32,000 nt of DNA from the NCBI GenBank assembly GCA_964565725.1, contig CAZMGA010000003.1, positions 1 to 32,000 on the forward strand, given 5' to 3'. The notes beneath the pieces are model-generated. The model was not told the origin of the DNA, ran no database searches, and worked only from the letters and a program-made list of their open reading frames with translations. A program made the translations under genes and the position numbers. This stretch comes from an uncultured archaeon. GTDB taxonomy: Archaea; Iainarchaeota; Iainarchaeia; Iainarchaeales; 0-14-0-20-30-16. This document shows positions 1 through 8,856 of this stretch, in pieces (positions within the stretch are counted from its first letter, which is position 1; each line of letters begins with the position of its first letter).

Positions 1-1
1 A

Positions 2-46
2 AGTTATGCAAAAGGAAATGCAAAAGAAGATGAAAAAGAAATTTAA
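2..46 (+). CDS. 3' end of an upstream coding region (...SYAKGNAKEDEKEI*), truncated by the window edge
   Basis: Frame 2 is open from base 2 to the TAA at 44-46, just upstream of the next gene; only 14 codons are visible. Confidence 0.35.
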   Translation, partial: SYAKGNAKEDEKEI

Positions 47-66
47 ATTAAAATAATTGGGATTAA

Positions 67-873
67 ATGATTTCTATAATAAAATTTATTATTGTATTAA
101 TTGCTAGTTTAATTGCAGCATATACAGATTATAAAACAGGTTATATTTATGATTGGTTAACTTATCCTTTTATTGCAATAGGGTTTATTTTTTTATTTAT
201 TTCAAATAATATACTTATAGGTTTAATTCAATTTACAATAATTTTTGTTTTAGGGTTATTATTTTACAAATTTGGTAAAATTGGGGGAGGAGATTTAAAA
301 TATTTATTAGGAATTCCCTTATATTTTCCATTATATAACGGTTATCCTTTAATTTTATTTTTATTATTGTTTGCTTGTTTATTTTCAATAATTTTTTATG
401 GTATTTATTATTTAATATTTTTAATAAAAAATAAAGATAAAGAAATATTTAAAATAATTTTAATATGTTTATTTTTAGCAATATTATTTTCAGTAGGCAT
501 TTTATTTTTATTTAATTGGATTGTATCAGTTATATCTTTATTTTTATTATTTATATTTTTCTTTGTAATTTTATCTAAAGATAAAATATTAAATAAAGTT
601 TATAAACAAAAAATAAAGTTTTCAAAAGTTTTAAATGACGATTTAATAGATTTGAATTCAATAATAGTTAAACATAAAAATTTAAAAATTAAGAATGCTA
701 ATGATATGTATCCTTTAGACAAAAAAACATATGCTCTTTTAAAAGATAATTTAAACGCAAATGAATTAGTTTTTGTTTATAAAAATTTACCTATATTTGC
801 ACCATTTTTATTTTTTGGTTTTATAGCTAGTGTTTTATTTTTAAATTATTTTCATTTGCTTATTTTGGTTTAA
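67..873 (+). CDS. Archaeal type IV prepilin/prearchaellin peptidase (A24 aspartic protease family, FlaK/PibD-like)
   Basis: Multi-pass membrane protein with DYKTGYIYDW after TM1 and the GxGD-type motif GKIGGGDLKYLLGIPLYFP. Confidence 0.85.
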   Translation: MISIIKFIIVLIASLIAAYTDYKTGYIYDWLTYPFIAIGFIFLFISNNILIGLIQFTIIFVLGLLFYKFGKIGGGDLKYLLGIPLYFPLYNGYPLILFLLLFACLFSIIFYGIYYLIFLIKNKDKEIFKIILICLFLAILFSVGILFLFNWIVSVISLFLLFIFFFVILSKDKILNKVYKQKIKFSKVLNDDLIDLNSIIVKHKNLKIKNANDMYPLDKKTYALLKDNLNANELVFVYKNLPIFAPFLFFGFIASVLFLNYFHLLILV

Positions 874-2470
874 ACATAAAGTAAATTATAAATCCTAAAA
901 TAATGACTATTCCAATTATTATAGTCCAAGTATAATTAAAATTAGATTTTAAATTTGTGGATGCAATACTAGTTTGTTCGTTATAATATATTTTACAACT
1001 TGCTTGTCCTCCATTATATCCTACATTTAATTCTTTATTATAATTTGTAGATTCATTAGGATTTAAAGCTGTATTAATTGTTTCATTACTATAAATTACA
1101 TTATTTAATGTGATAATTATATTGTAATTGTTCATAGTTGTGTTTCCAATATTTGAATAATTACAAGTTATATTGGCATTATGACCTTCACGACTATTTA
1201 TTATTATAGAATTCATTTTAGGAATTGCTTTTTTTAATTCTATGCTTGTGTTATTTGTTATTTTTGTAGTATTATTATAGGTTTTATTTTCTTGATTCAT
1301 AATGTAATATGAGGTTTGTTTTGAATTGTCAGAAGTGTTTGTTTCTACACTATTATAAATTACATTACATTTAATTAAATGATAACCAGTGGTTAAAAAA
1401 GTATATGTGGTTTCGTAAGTATAAGTGTTAAATGGTGCTAAAGATTCAGATATTATTTTAGAGTCAATTTTTAAACTATCTACGTAGGTTTCTATAGTGT
1501 AATTTCCTATCGTTGCTTTTTGACCAGTATTTTGAATTACACATTTTATTTTATTACTTTGATTTACTATTGGAGGTACTGAATTTAATGTTGCTAAATC
1601 TAATTTTAAATTAGGATAATTCAAATTATTAATATAATTAGTAATATTTACTTCTTCATATATATTTGTAGTATCTACTTCTATTTCTATTGTTTTTTTA
1701 TCATTATCATTTTCAGTATCTTCATCATCTGAATCGTCTGGATCCCAATTAATTTTACAACCAACTTCTAATTCGTCATTGTCATAACTTAATGGTATAG
1801 TATATAAATATTTTTTTGTTTTTTTTGATCCCGAATCAATACTGCTTATTTTAGTAGTATCTACTTTTTTACCATCTATATACCAGTATAAATCAATATC
1901 TCCATCATCATTATCAGCATCATCATTTCCATAATTGATGTATGTACAAGTAATCTCTATTTCTTGTCCTAATAATGGTTCATCATCATCTACTGATACT
2001 TTTGAAATGCCCAAATCTATTCCTTTGCTATCATAATCTGCATCAGTCTCTACAGTAATGTATGAACTATCGTTATCTTCATTTTTATCTGTCATTTCAT
2101 CATAATCAGCATCTAAATCATAATCTGTAATTTCGCACCCAAATTCAATTTCAGTATCATCTTCATCAGTTTCAAATTCAAAAGAATATGTTTCTTTATC
2201 TCCTTTATCTAATGATTCATCATCATAGCTTTCAGTTTCATCTTCTTCATGTTCCCCATTCATATAAAAAGTAATTTCTAATTCATCAAATTCTACATCC
2301 TCACCTAAATTTTCTACAACACATTTTACTTTTACAATATCTCCAGAATCAGGAGAGCTAGGGGAAATACTAACAATAGTTTTTAAATCAAAATCTTCAG
2401 CAAAACTAAAATTTGTTAAAAATATTGTAAAAAACAAAAAAAGAATACCAAAAAACATTTTTTTATACAT
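860..2470 (-). CDS. Secreted, C-terminally membrane-anchored surface protein with about four CARDB/Ig-like domains
   Basis: Signal peptide (MYKKMFFGILFLFFTIFLTNFSFA), four repeating ~90-120 aa units each ending in a C-x-I/V strand (FGCEI, VGCKI, IKCNVIY, ASCKIYY), and C-terminal TM YTWTIIIGIVIILGFIIYFMFKPK. The ORF track starts at TTG 2482; ATG 2470 with GAGG upstream is the better start. Confidence 0.7.
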   Translation of the reverse strand: MYKKMFFGILFLFFTIFLTNFSFAEDFDLKTIVSISPSSPDSGDIVKVKCVVENLGEDVEFDELEITFYMNGEHEEDETESYDDESLDKGDKETYSFEFETDEDDTEIEFGCEITDYDLDADYDEMTDKNEDNDSSYITVETDADYDSKGIDLGISKVSVDDDEPLLGQEIEITCTYINYGNDDADNDDGDIDLYWYIDGKKVDTTKISSIDSGSKKTKKYLYTIPLSYDNDELEVGCKINWDPDDSDDEDTENDNDKKTIEIEVDTTNIYEEVNITNYINNLNYPNLKLDLATLNSVPPIVNQSNKIKCVIQNTGQKATIGNYTIETYVDSLKIDSKIISESLAPFNTYTYETTYTFLTTGYHLIKCNVIYNSVETNTSDNSKQTSYYIMNQENKTYNNTTKITNNTSIELKKAIPKMNSIIINSREGHNANITCNYSNIGNTTMNNYNIIITLNNVIYSNETINTALNPNESTNYNKELNVGYNGGQASCKIYYNEQTSIASTNLKSNFNYTWTIIIGIVIILGFIIYFMFKPK

Positions 2471-2525
2471 GTTAAGCCTCAAATATTTAATATAAATATA
2501 TATTTAAAGTTATATAAATTGGTTT

Positions 2526-2936
2526 CTATTTTACTTTATATTCATCCCATTTAATTTTTTTTGATAAAATGGTTTCTTTTAAGTTTTTTTCTTGTTTGTT
2601 TAATTTAGAATTTCCTGATTTTATTTCTAAAAATATAACTTCTTTAATGTTATTTTCATCGGCACCTTTAAAAACAATAAAATCTATCGGTTTGCCTAAA
2701 AATTTACATTCTGTTGGAGAATAAGGAAAATTTGGAAAATAAGGTGCAATATTTTCTGAAAATTGGCCTGTTAATATCGCTCTTGAACGTTTAATTGCAT
2801 CTTCTCTTTCAGTTTTTAAAATTAATTCTAATTTTTTCTCAAATTTGTTTTTTAAAAATAAAATACCTATAATTAAACCTAAAATTAAAGCAATTATTCC
2901 TATAATAAATATCAAGACAATTGTTAATAAATTCAT
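2526..2936 (-). CDS. Membrane-anchored Holliday-junction-resolvase-like endonuclease domain protein (Endonuc_Holl-like)
   Basis: N-terminal TM, then YSPTECKFLGKPIDFIVFKG...EVIFLEIKSGNSKLN, which fits a PD-(D/E)xK core (D...ExK). Confidence 0.65.
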   Translation of the reverse strand: MNLLTIVLIFIIGIIALILGLIIGILFLKNKFEKKLELILKTEREDAIKRSRAILTGQFSENIAPYFPNFPYSPTECKFLGKPIDFIVFKGADENNIKEVIFLEIKSGNSKLNKQEKNLKETILSKKIKWDEYKVK

Positions 2937-3017
2937 ATATAAACTAATTTGTACTCTTTTAAAATCTTTTCTCCTTTTATATATATTATTTTTATTATTT
3001 TATAATTAGGTGATTTT

Positions 3018-4055
3018 ATGAATACAGAGCAAAAATATGATTTAATAGTTAGAAATTTACAAGAAGTAATGGATGAAAAACAATTAAAAGAAATATTAGA
3101 AAAAAGGGATTTATCTTTATATTGGGGAACTGCCCCAACAGGTAAAATTCATATTGGTTATTTAATTCCTTTTACAAAATTAGCTGATTTTTTAGAAGCT
3201 GGTTGTGAAGTTAAAATATTATTGGCTGATTTACATGCTTTTTTAGATTCTCAAAAAACACCTTGGGAATTATTAGATGCAAGAACTTTATATTACGAAC
3301 AAGTAATTAAAGAAACTTTGAAAGCATTGAAAGTTGATATAACAAAATTAAAATTTTTTAAAGGTACTGAATATCAATTAACAAAGGAATTTAGTTTAGA
3401 TTTATATAGATTTACAAGTATAACTACAGTTTCAGAAGGTATAAAAGCAGGTGCTGAAGTTGTAAAACAAAGTGAAAATCCGAGATTGGCGCCAGTATTA
3501 TATCCTTTATTACAATCTTTGGATGAAGAATATTTAAAAGTTGACGCTCAGTTTGGGGGTACAGACCAAAGAAAAATATTTGTTTTGGCTCATGAATTTT
3601 TGCCAAAGTTAGGGTATAAAAAAAGAATACATTTAATGAATCCAATGCTTCCTGGGTTGCAAGGTTCAAAAATGAGTTCAAGTGATGCAAATTCAAAAAT
3701 CGATTTGTTAGATTCTCCAGAAATAATAAAAAAGAAATTAAATAATGCTTTTTGTCCTGAAGGTATAATTGAAGATAATGGTGTATTAACATTTATTAAA
3801 TATGCTTTATTTCCTTATTTAAATAGAGTAAATGAAACTTTTGATGTTGAAAGACCAGAAAAATTTGGTGGAAATATATCTTTCAAAAATTATGAGGAAT
3901 TAGAACAAACATTTATCTCTAAAAAAATACATCCTTTAGATGTTAAAAATACAATGTCTAAATATTTAACACAGATTTTAGAGCCTGTTAGAAAAGCATT
4001 TGATGATTCAAATTATAAAGATAATTTGGAAAAAGCATATTCTAATGAAAAATAA
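3018..4055 (+). CDS. tyrS: Tyrosyl-tRNA synthetase, archaeal/eukaryotic type
   Basis: Class I signature GKIHIGYL, AQFGGTDQRK, and KMSSS in LQGSKMSSSDANSKIDL; SD GGTGA upstream of ATG. Confidence 0.92.
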   Translation: MNTEQKYDLIVRNLQEVMDEKQLKEILEKRDLSLYWGTAPTGKIHIGYLIPFTKLADFLEAGCEVKILLADLHAFLDSQKTPWELLDARTLYYEQVIKETLKALKVDITKLKFFKGTEYQLTKEFSLDLYRFTSITTVSEGIKAGAEVVKQSENPRLAPVLYPLLQSLDEEYLKVDAQFGGTDQRKIFVLAHEFLPKLGYKKRIHLMNPMLPGLQGSKMSSSDANSKIDLLDSPEIIKKKLNNAFCPEGIIEDNGVLTFIKYALFPYLNRVNETFDVERPEKFGGNISFKNYEELEQTFISKKIHPLDVKNTMSKYLTQILEPVRKAFDDSNYKDNLEKAYSNEK

Positions 4056-4087
4056 AAAGTAGAACTATTATGAAAAGTTTTTAAAAA

Positions 4088-4259
4088 TGCCAAGAGGGAG
4101 ACTCGAACACCCGACCTCCAGATTTCCCACGATATTTTTCCTTTTTAAAAGAAAAAGTCAATAATCTATTTTAATCATTGTATGTAAAGACATACTCATC
4201 ATTCATAACGATATAATATGTTATGAGTCTGGCACTCTAACCAACTGAGCTACCTTGGC
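4088..4259 (-). tRNA. tRNA-Met (CAU), probably elongator, with an intron after position 37; CCA not encoded
   Basis: Minus strand: GCCAAGG TA GCTC AGTTGGTTA GAGT G CCAGA CTCATA [intron] A TCTGG AGGTC GGGTG TTCGAGT CTCCC TCTTGGC A. Acceptor, D and anticodon stems pair; the T stem has one mismatch. Anticodon CAU lies at 4223-4225. Confidence 0.9.
4124..4221 (-). other. 98-nt archaeal tRNA intron with a bulge-helix-bulge (BHB) splice motif
   Basis: Anticodon stem CCAGA/TCTGG, 4-bp central helix CTCA/TGGG, 3-nt bulges TA^A and AA^A. Cutting after the second base of each bulge restores the anticodon loop CTCATAA. Confidence 0.85.
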
Positions 4260-4287
4260 ATTATCCTTTTCTTTTTTAAAAGAAAGG

Positions 4288-4296
4288 TTTAAATTT
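4288..4296 (-). promoter_or_regulatory. Putative TATA element for the tRNA-Met gene
   Basis: AAATTTAAA on the minus strand, about 30-37 nt upstream of the tRNA 5' end. Confidence 0.45.
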
Positions 4297-4385
4297 GTCT
4301 AAAGAAAACATATAACTTAAAGTTGTATTCTTTTTAGCAGTTAATATTAAAATAATTTGAATGGAAACTATTATAAAGTATACTT

Positions 4386-5399
4386 TTATTTGGATTTTAA
4401 CAAATAATCCTTTTCTCTTTCTTCTAAATTGTATTTTGTATTGTAAAATAATTCACAAATATATAAACAATCATTAATTCTGGTGTCTTTTTTTGGCACA
4501 ATCATATTAAAGTTTTTATTTTCTTTACAAAGAATAGGTAAAATCATATTTGTACAATTTAAATCTAAAGGGGTTTCTCTTTCATATAAACTTATTAATT
4601 TATCTGCTAATTCTTTACCTAATTGAGTTGGTTGCTTTTTTGAAGAAGATAAATTTGTACCCATAAGTGTATTTTCATATCTAATTATTACATCAGCCCC
4701 AAATCCTTTGTTTTTATCTCTATTTTCTACAAAAGTATTCAAAAATTCATTAACTTTTATTTCTTTTGGATTTAATGTGTTTTTTATACCTTCTAATATA
4801 TATTCATTTATTATTTCTTTATGACCATATGAATGTATATCTATAGTAATATGTTCTAAGTCTCCTTTTTCTAATAATTCAAAATTTTTTATTTTACTTG
4901 ATTTTTTTATATGTAGAATAATTTTACCTTGATCTTTATCATATCCTCTTTTTGTAATTTCAATTTTAAAATTTAATCCTATTTTTGAGAACATAGGACA
5001 AATTATATTTTTAAAATAATCAGCACTTAATTTGTTTTCAGAATTTGTTGGTCCTAATAAACCAATATTCATATCTTCATTATAATAAAGTATAAATAAA
5101 TACGGTAATAAAACTGTTAATAAGGAAGGATATTTAAATGAAATTAATGGAGCTTTTCTTATTATTTTTGGAGAAAAAGTATATTCTGTTGATCCTTCTT
5201 TTATACCATTAACTTCTGCGTTTGAAATCTGTTTTAAAATTTCTAAATAAATGGTATCTTCATAGGTTAAGCCAGGTTTTTCATCATTAATTCGTATATT
5301 TTTTACTTGAATTGCTTTATTTTCACATATAGCCAATGTTGTTGCTAATCTCATTGTAAATCCTGAATGATTTTTATTTGCGTCAATTTCTAAAAACAT
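4386..5399 (-). CDS. RNA 3'-terminal phosphate cyclase family protein (RtcA/Rcl1-like), divergent active site
   Basis: Family-like pattern: RLATTLAICENKAIQVKNIRINDEKPGLTYEDTIYL, SADYFKNIICPMFSKIGL, GFGADVIIRYENT, ADKLISLYE. The usual HLLTN catalytic block reads TRINDCL. Confidence 0.8.
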   Translation of the reverse strand: MFLEIDANKNHSGFTMRLATTLAICENKAIQVKNIRINDEKPGLTYEDTIYLEILKQISNAEVNGIKEGSTEYTFSPKIIRKAPLISFKYPSLLTVLLPYLFILYYNEDMNIGLLGPTNSENKLSADYFKNIICPMFSKIGLNFKIEITKRGYDKDQGKIILHIKKSSKIKNFELLEKGDLEHITIDIHSYGHKEIINEYILEGIKNTLNPKEIKVNEFLNTFVENRDKNKGFGADVIIRYENTLMGTNLSSSKKQPTQLGKELADKLISLYERETPLDLNCTNMILPILCKENKNFNMIVPKKDTRINDCLYICELFYNTKYNLEEREKDYLLKSK

Positions 5400-5469
5400 G
5401 TTATCACTGTGTTAACCGTTATATAATAATATACTTTGGCTTTATAAATATAATCCTAATTTAATAAAT

Positions 5470-5483
5470 AAATATTTAAATAT
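5470..5483 (+). promoter_or_regulatory. TATA-like promoter element for a probably leaderless downstream gene
   Basis: AAATATTTAAATAT centred roughly 30 nt before ATG 5510, with no SD immediately upstream of that ATG. Confidence 0.45.
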
Positions 5484-5509
5484 GATTAGAATTGTATATA
5501 TACGATAGT

Positions 5510-6529
5510 ATGAGCTTTTTAATAATTGGAAATAAATTGGAGTCTTTATTGTTGGCTGATTATTTATACGAACGTGGTTGGCCTGTAACATTAATATCTA
5601 GGTTTAAATTTGAATACTCTACATTAACTGAATTAGCAGATCCTAAAGAATTAGAAGAAATAGGATTTAATTATTCTTCAGGAGTTTTGTGTGAAATTAA
5701 AAAAATGAAGATTATAGATATAGATAATAATATACGAGAACAAGAAACAAATACAGTTTTATTAGATACTTCTGTTTATTGCAAACTTTTATATAATAAA
5801 TTAAAATCTAAATGTGTTTTTATAGAGGATTCAAATTATATAGATAAAAATAATGAAAATGTTTTTATTCAACAAGGTGTTCATGGCACATTATTAAAAT
5901 TAAAATATGTTTTTTCTCTTAATGATTATAATGTAATATCAAAAAAAGAAAATAAAAAATGTATAAAAGCAAGTTTATGTATGCCTGGAAAAATTGGAGA
6001 ATTAGTATTGAAATTTTTACCAACTGGTTATATGTGGTATGTAAATTATACTGAAAATGTTGCTGAATTGTGTATTATTTCTGAAGACCCTGAAAAAGAA
6101 TTTAATTTGTTTTTAGAAACTAGCAAAGCAAAATTAATAAGTCATAAAGGTTTATTATTACCAATATACAAAAATGAAAGAATATTGGATAATAATTCTT
6201 TATATTATGGTGGGGATTGTGCTTTAATAAATAATAATTTTAATTTTTATAATTTTGTTTTTAAGATAAGATTTAATAAATTAACTTGTAATTATGCACA
6301 TGAATTAATGTTTAAAAAAAATATAAGTTATTATTTAATTACAAAAGATATAGATTCTGAATTGCATTATTTAGAAAAAGAAGGAAACATTTTTTGGAAT
6401 TTAAATGATAAAAAGAAAAATGAAATTATTAAAAAAATGGACTTTAAAAGATTTGCATTAGATTTTAGTTCGGGTTTTAAAAATTCATCTAAATTATCAA
6501 AAATAAATTTGAAATTATTATTTAAATGA
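5510..6529 (+). CDS. FAD-dependent oxidoreductase-like protein, possibly geranylgeranyl-reductase-like
   Basis: N-terminal Rossmann-like FLIIGNKLESLLLADYLYERGWPVTLISR and a GGDCALINNN segment resembling the GD motif. The tracked start at 5492 is TTG; ATG 5510 fits better. Confidence 0.45.
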   Translation: MSFLIIGNKLESLLLADYLYERGWPVTLISRFKFEYSTLTELADPKELEEIGFNYSSGVLCEIKKMKIIDIDNNIREQETNTVLLDTSVYCKLLYNKLKSKCVFIEDSNYIDKNNENVFIQQGVHGTLLKLKYVFSLNDYNVISKKENKKCIKASLCMPGKIGELVLKFLPTGYMWYVNYTENVAELCIISEDPEKEFNLFLETSKAKLISHKGLLLPIYKNERILDNNSLYYGGDCALINNNFNFYNFVFKIRFNKLTCNYAHELMFKKNISYYLITKDIDSELHYLEKEGNIFWNLNDKKKNEIIKKMDFKRFALDFSSGFKNSSKLSKINLKLLFK

Positions 6530-7794
6530 TTGTTATGAGTTTCTTTATAAAAACTTTTGGTTGCGCTTCAAATATTGCAGATAGTGAATATGTTAAGAAC
6601 GAATTAAAACTGGCTGGATTAAAAGAAACTAATGAAATCGATGCTGAATTTATAATAGTAAATACTTGTGTAGTTAAAGGCCCTACAATAAACAAAATAA
6701 AAAATTATATTTTTAATCTAAAAAACCCAAAATACAACATAATAATTATGGGCTGTATGCCTTCTGATAAAAAAACAATTATAGAGTTCAAAAAATATTC
6801 TATATTAACGCCTTATAACTTAGACGAAATTCTTAGTTTAATTTTTTATATAAAAGCTAATAAAAAATCAAAACATATTTTAAGTCCTAAAAAATTAGAT
6901 AAAACCCAATTTTCTTTTGAAAATAAAGATTATGCTATAATTCAACCATTAATAGGTTGTTTAGGTAATTGTAATTATTGTAGAACTAAATTAGCAAAAC
7001 CCTTATTTTATAGTTATCCTTTGGAAAATATTTTAAATAGAATTGATTATTATATAAAAAAAGGAGTAAAAGAAATTTGGATTAGTTCTGAAGATAATGC
7101 AGCATATGGGTTAGATATAGGTTTGAATTATATGATTTTATTAAATGCAATTGAAAATAAGTTTGCGGGCAAAGCTATGTTTAGATTTGGAATGGCAAAT
7201 CCTTGGTTATTAAAAACTTATGCTAAAGAATTGGTAAATTTTATTAAAAATTCTAAAGCATTTTATAAATTTTTACATATACCTATACAAAGTGCATCTA
7301 CAAATGTATTAAAAGCAATGAATAGACCTTATACTAATAAAGATTTACATGCTTTTTTTAAAATTTTAAGAAAATTAAATTACAAGGAATTGACTTTATC
7401 AACAGATATAATTTTAGGTTATTATAATGAAACAGAGTATGATTTTAAAAAAACTTTAAAATTTATTAATAAATATGATTTTTTAATAGTAAATATTTCT
7501 CAATTGTGGGTTTTGCCAAATACAGAAGTTGCAACACATAAACAATTACCTACAGAAATAAAAAAAGAAAGGAGTAGAATTTCAACAATGAATGTTGAAA
7601 ACAAGTCAAAAAAATTGTTAACTAGTTTTTTGGGTAAAAAAGTAGAAGTTTATTTTAATAAAATAGATTCTGATAATAATTATTTAGGTAGAACGAGAAA
7701 TTATATATCTGTAATTAGTAAATCGAAACAAGAATTAAATGTTTGGAAAGAAGTAAAAATAAATAGTGTTGAAAATTTTCATTTATTATGTTAA
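6526..7794 (+). CDS. Radical SAM tRNA methylthiotransferase, MiaB-like (archaeal/eukaryotic e-MtaB/CDKAL1 type)
   Basis: N-terminal TFGCASNIADSEY, VVNTCVVKGPT, radical SAM CLGNCNYCRTKLAK, and a C-terminal TRAM-like region; ATGA overlap with the upstream gene. Confidence 0.85.
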   Translation: MIVMSFFIKTFGCASNIADSEYVKNELKLAGLKETNEIDAEFIIVNTCVVKGPTINKIKNYIFNLKNPKYNIIIMGCMPSDKKTIIEFKKYSILTPYNLDEILSLIFYIKANKKSKHILSPKKLDKTQFSFENKDYAIIQPLIGCLGNCNYCRTKLAKPLFYSYPLENILNRIDYYIKKGVKEIWISSEDNAAYGLDIGLNYMILLNAIENKFAGKAMFRFGMANPWLLKTYAKELVNFIKNSKAFYKFLHIPIQSASTNVLKAMNRPYTNKDLHAFFKILRKLNYKELTLSTDIILGYYNETEYDFKKTLKFINKYDFLIVNISQLWVLPNTEVATHKQLPTEIKKERSRISTMNVENKSKKLLTSFLGKKVEVYFNKIDSDNNYLGRTRNYISVISKSKQELNVWKEVKINSVENFHLLC

Positions 7795-7864
7795 ATAGTT
7801 AAAAAGAAAAATATATATATGTTATTGAAATATTATATTATAATATAATTATAGAGGTCTATTT

Positions 7865-8848
7865 ATGAAAAATATTTTTGAATTAGGTGTTTTATTTTTA
7901 GGAGTAATGATTTTAGTAATAAGTTTAAATAATATTTATGCAGGTAATTCAGAAAATGTAGATGTAGGTGTAAATGTTTCAAATGCTTTACCACAAATAT
8001 TAGATGTAAATATTTGTGAATCAGGCGTTTGTAGCAAATATTTAGGTAATATAACTCCAGGAGCAAGTAGCTTTTATTTACAAATAAATGCATACGATCC
8101 TAATGGTTATTCTGATATTAATTGGGCTGCAACTCAAATTCATATTTTTAAATCGGATTTTAGTTTAGATACTAATGAAGAATTTGATGGAAATATAGAT
8201 TATAAAAAATTAACTTTAAATACTACTCCTTTACCTTTAGGCGAAGGTGATTCATATAATGGATTTATAGAAGAAGATGGTCAAGGTTGTGTTTCTAATC
8301 AAGATTTTACAGAAGAAATAAATTGTTATCTAGTTAATGAAGATGTTTTTACTGCAGGATTTGCAGTAGGTGGCGCAAATGTATATATTAAAATATTTGA
8401 TATTAATGGAGAATCTGCAACTTATTTATTAAATTATTTGGCTGATACTAATGGTTTAAATATTATTCAAACATTAGATTTTTCATTAAGTGTTGATGAT
8501 ATGTATGGAATTGTTTATAGTGGTGCAACAGGAGATGAAAACGTTCCATTTTTCAATTACGAAACAGATTCAAATTATATTTCTATTGTAAATGAAAGTA
8601 ATGTTAGTGTAGATTTAAATTTTTCTCACACTAATTTAGTAGACGATTCTAATGTTGATAATATAATTGATAAAAAATATATCCATGCAGATAATTCAAA
8701 AGATATAAATTTTGAATCAGGATCTGTTATTGGGGGTAGTTTAGATAGACAAGAAGGAATGAATTTAAGAACTGTATTGGACATTCCTGAAGGAACTCAT
8801 TCTGGTAGTTATTCTGGAACTATGGGTATAGGTATATCTGCAAATTAG
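7865..8848 (+). CDS. Secreted surface protein A; paralogous to the C-terminal domain of the protein at 10849-13482
   Basis: Signal peptide MKNIFELGVLFLGVMILVISLNNIYAG. PQILDVNIC...PGASSFYLQINAYDPNGYSDINW aligns with PEILDMNIC...PGIDSFVLQIEINDPNGNSDINW in the later protein. SD GAGGT upstream. Confidence 0.7.
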   Translation: MKNIFELGVLFLGVMILVISLNNIYAGNSENVDVGVNVSNALPQILDVNICESGVCSKYLGNITPGASSFYLQINAYDPNGYSDINWAATQIHIFKSDFSLDTNEEFDGNIDYKKLTLNTTPLPLGEGDSYNGFIEEDGQGCVSNQDFTEEINCYLVNEDVFTAGFAVGGANVYIKIFDINGESATYLLNYLADTNGLNIIQTLDFSLSVDDMYGIVYSGATGDENVPFFNYETDSNYISIVNESNVSVDLNFSHTNLVDDSNVDNIIDKKYIHADNSKDINFESGSVIGGSLDRQEGMNLRTVLDIPEGTHSGSYSGTMGIGISAN

Positions 8849-8856
8849 GTAATTTT

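Noticed and set aside
3424-3792. 122-aa minus-strand ORF inside tyrS.
   Set aside because: Antisense shadow of a well-supported synthetase; low-complexity Leu/Tyr/His composition and no motif.
4124-4221. Possible box C/D guide RNA within the tRNA-Met intron (ATGATGA matches the C box; a C'-like ATGATTA follows).
   Set aside because: No canonical CTGA D or D' box is present (only TTGA), and I could not identify a guide match. The case is too weak in such AT-rich sequence.
7800-7860. AT-rich near-palindromic tract (tatatatatgttattgaaatattatattataatataatta) considered as a repeat or origin element.
   Set aside because: Local A/T composition makes such patterns common. It sits where a promoter or leader for the surface operon is expected, and no clean repeat unit was seen.
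7863-8093. Minus-strand ORF over the start of surface protein A.
   Set aside because: Antisense low-complexity Leu/His/Tyr sequence opposite a gene with a signal peptide and a paralogue.
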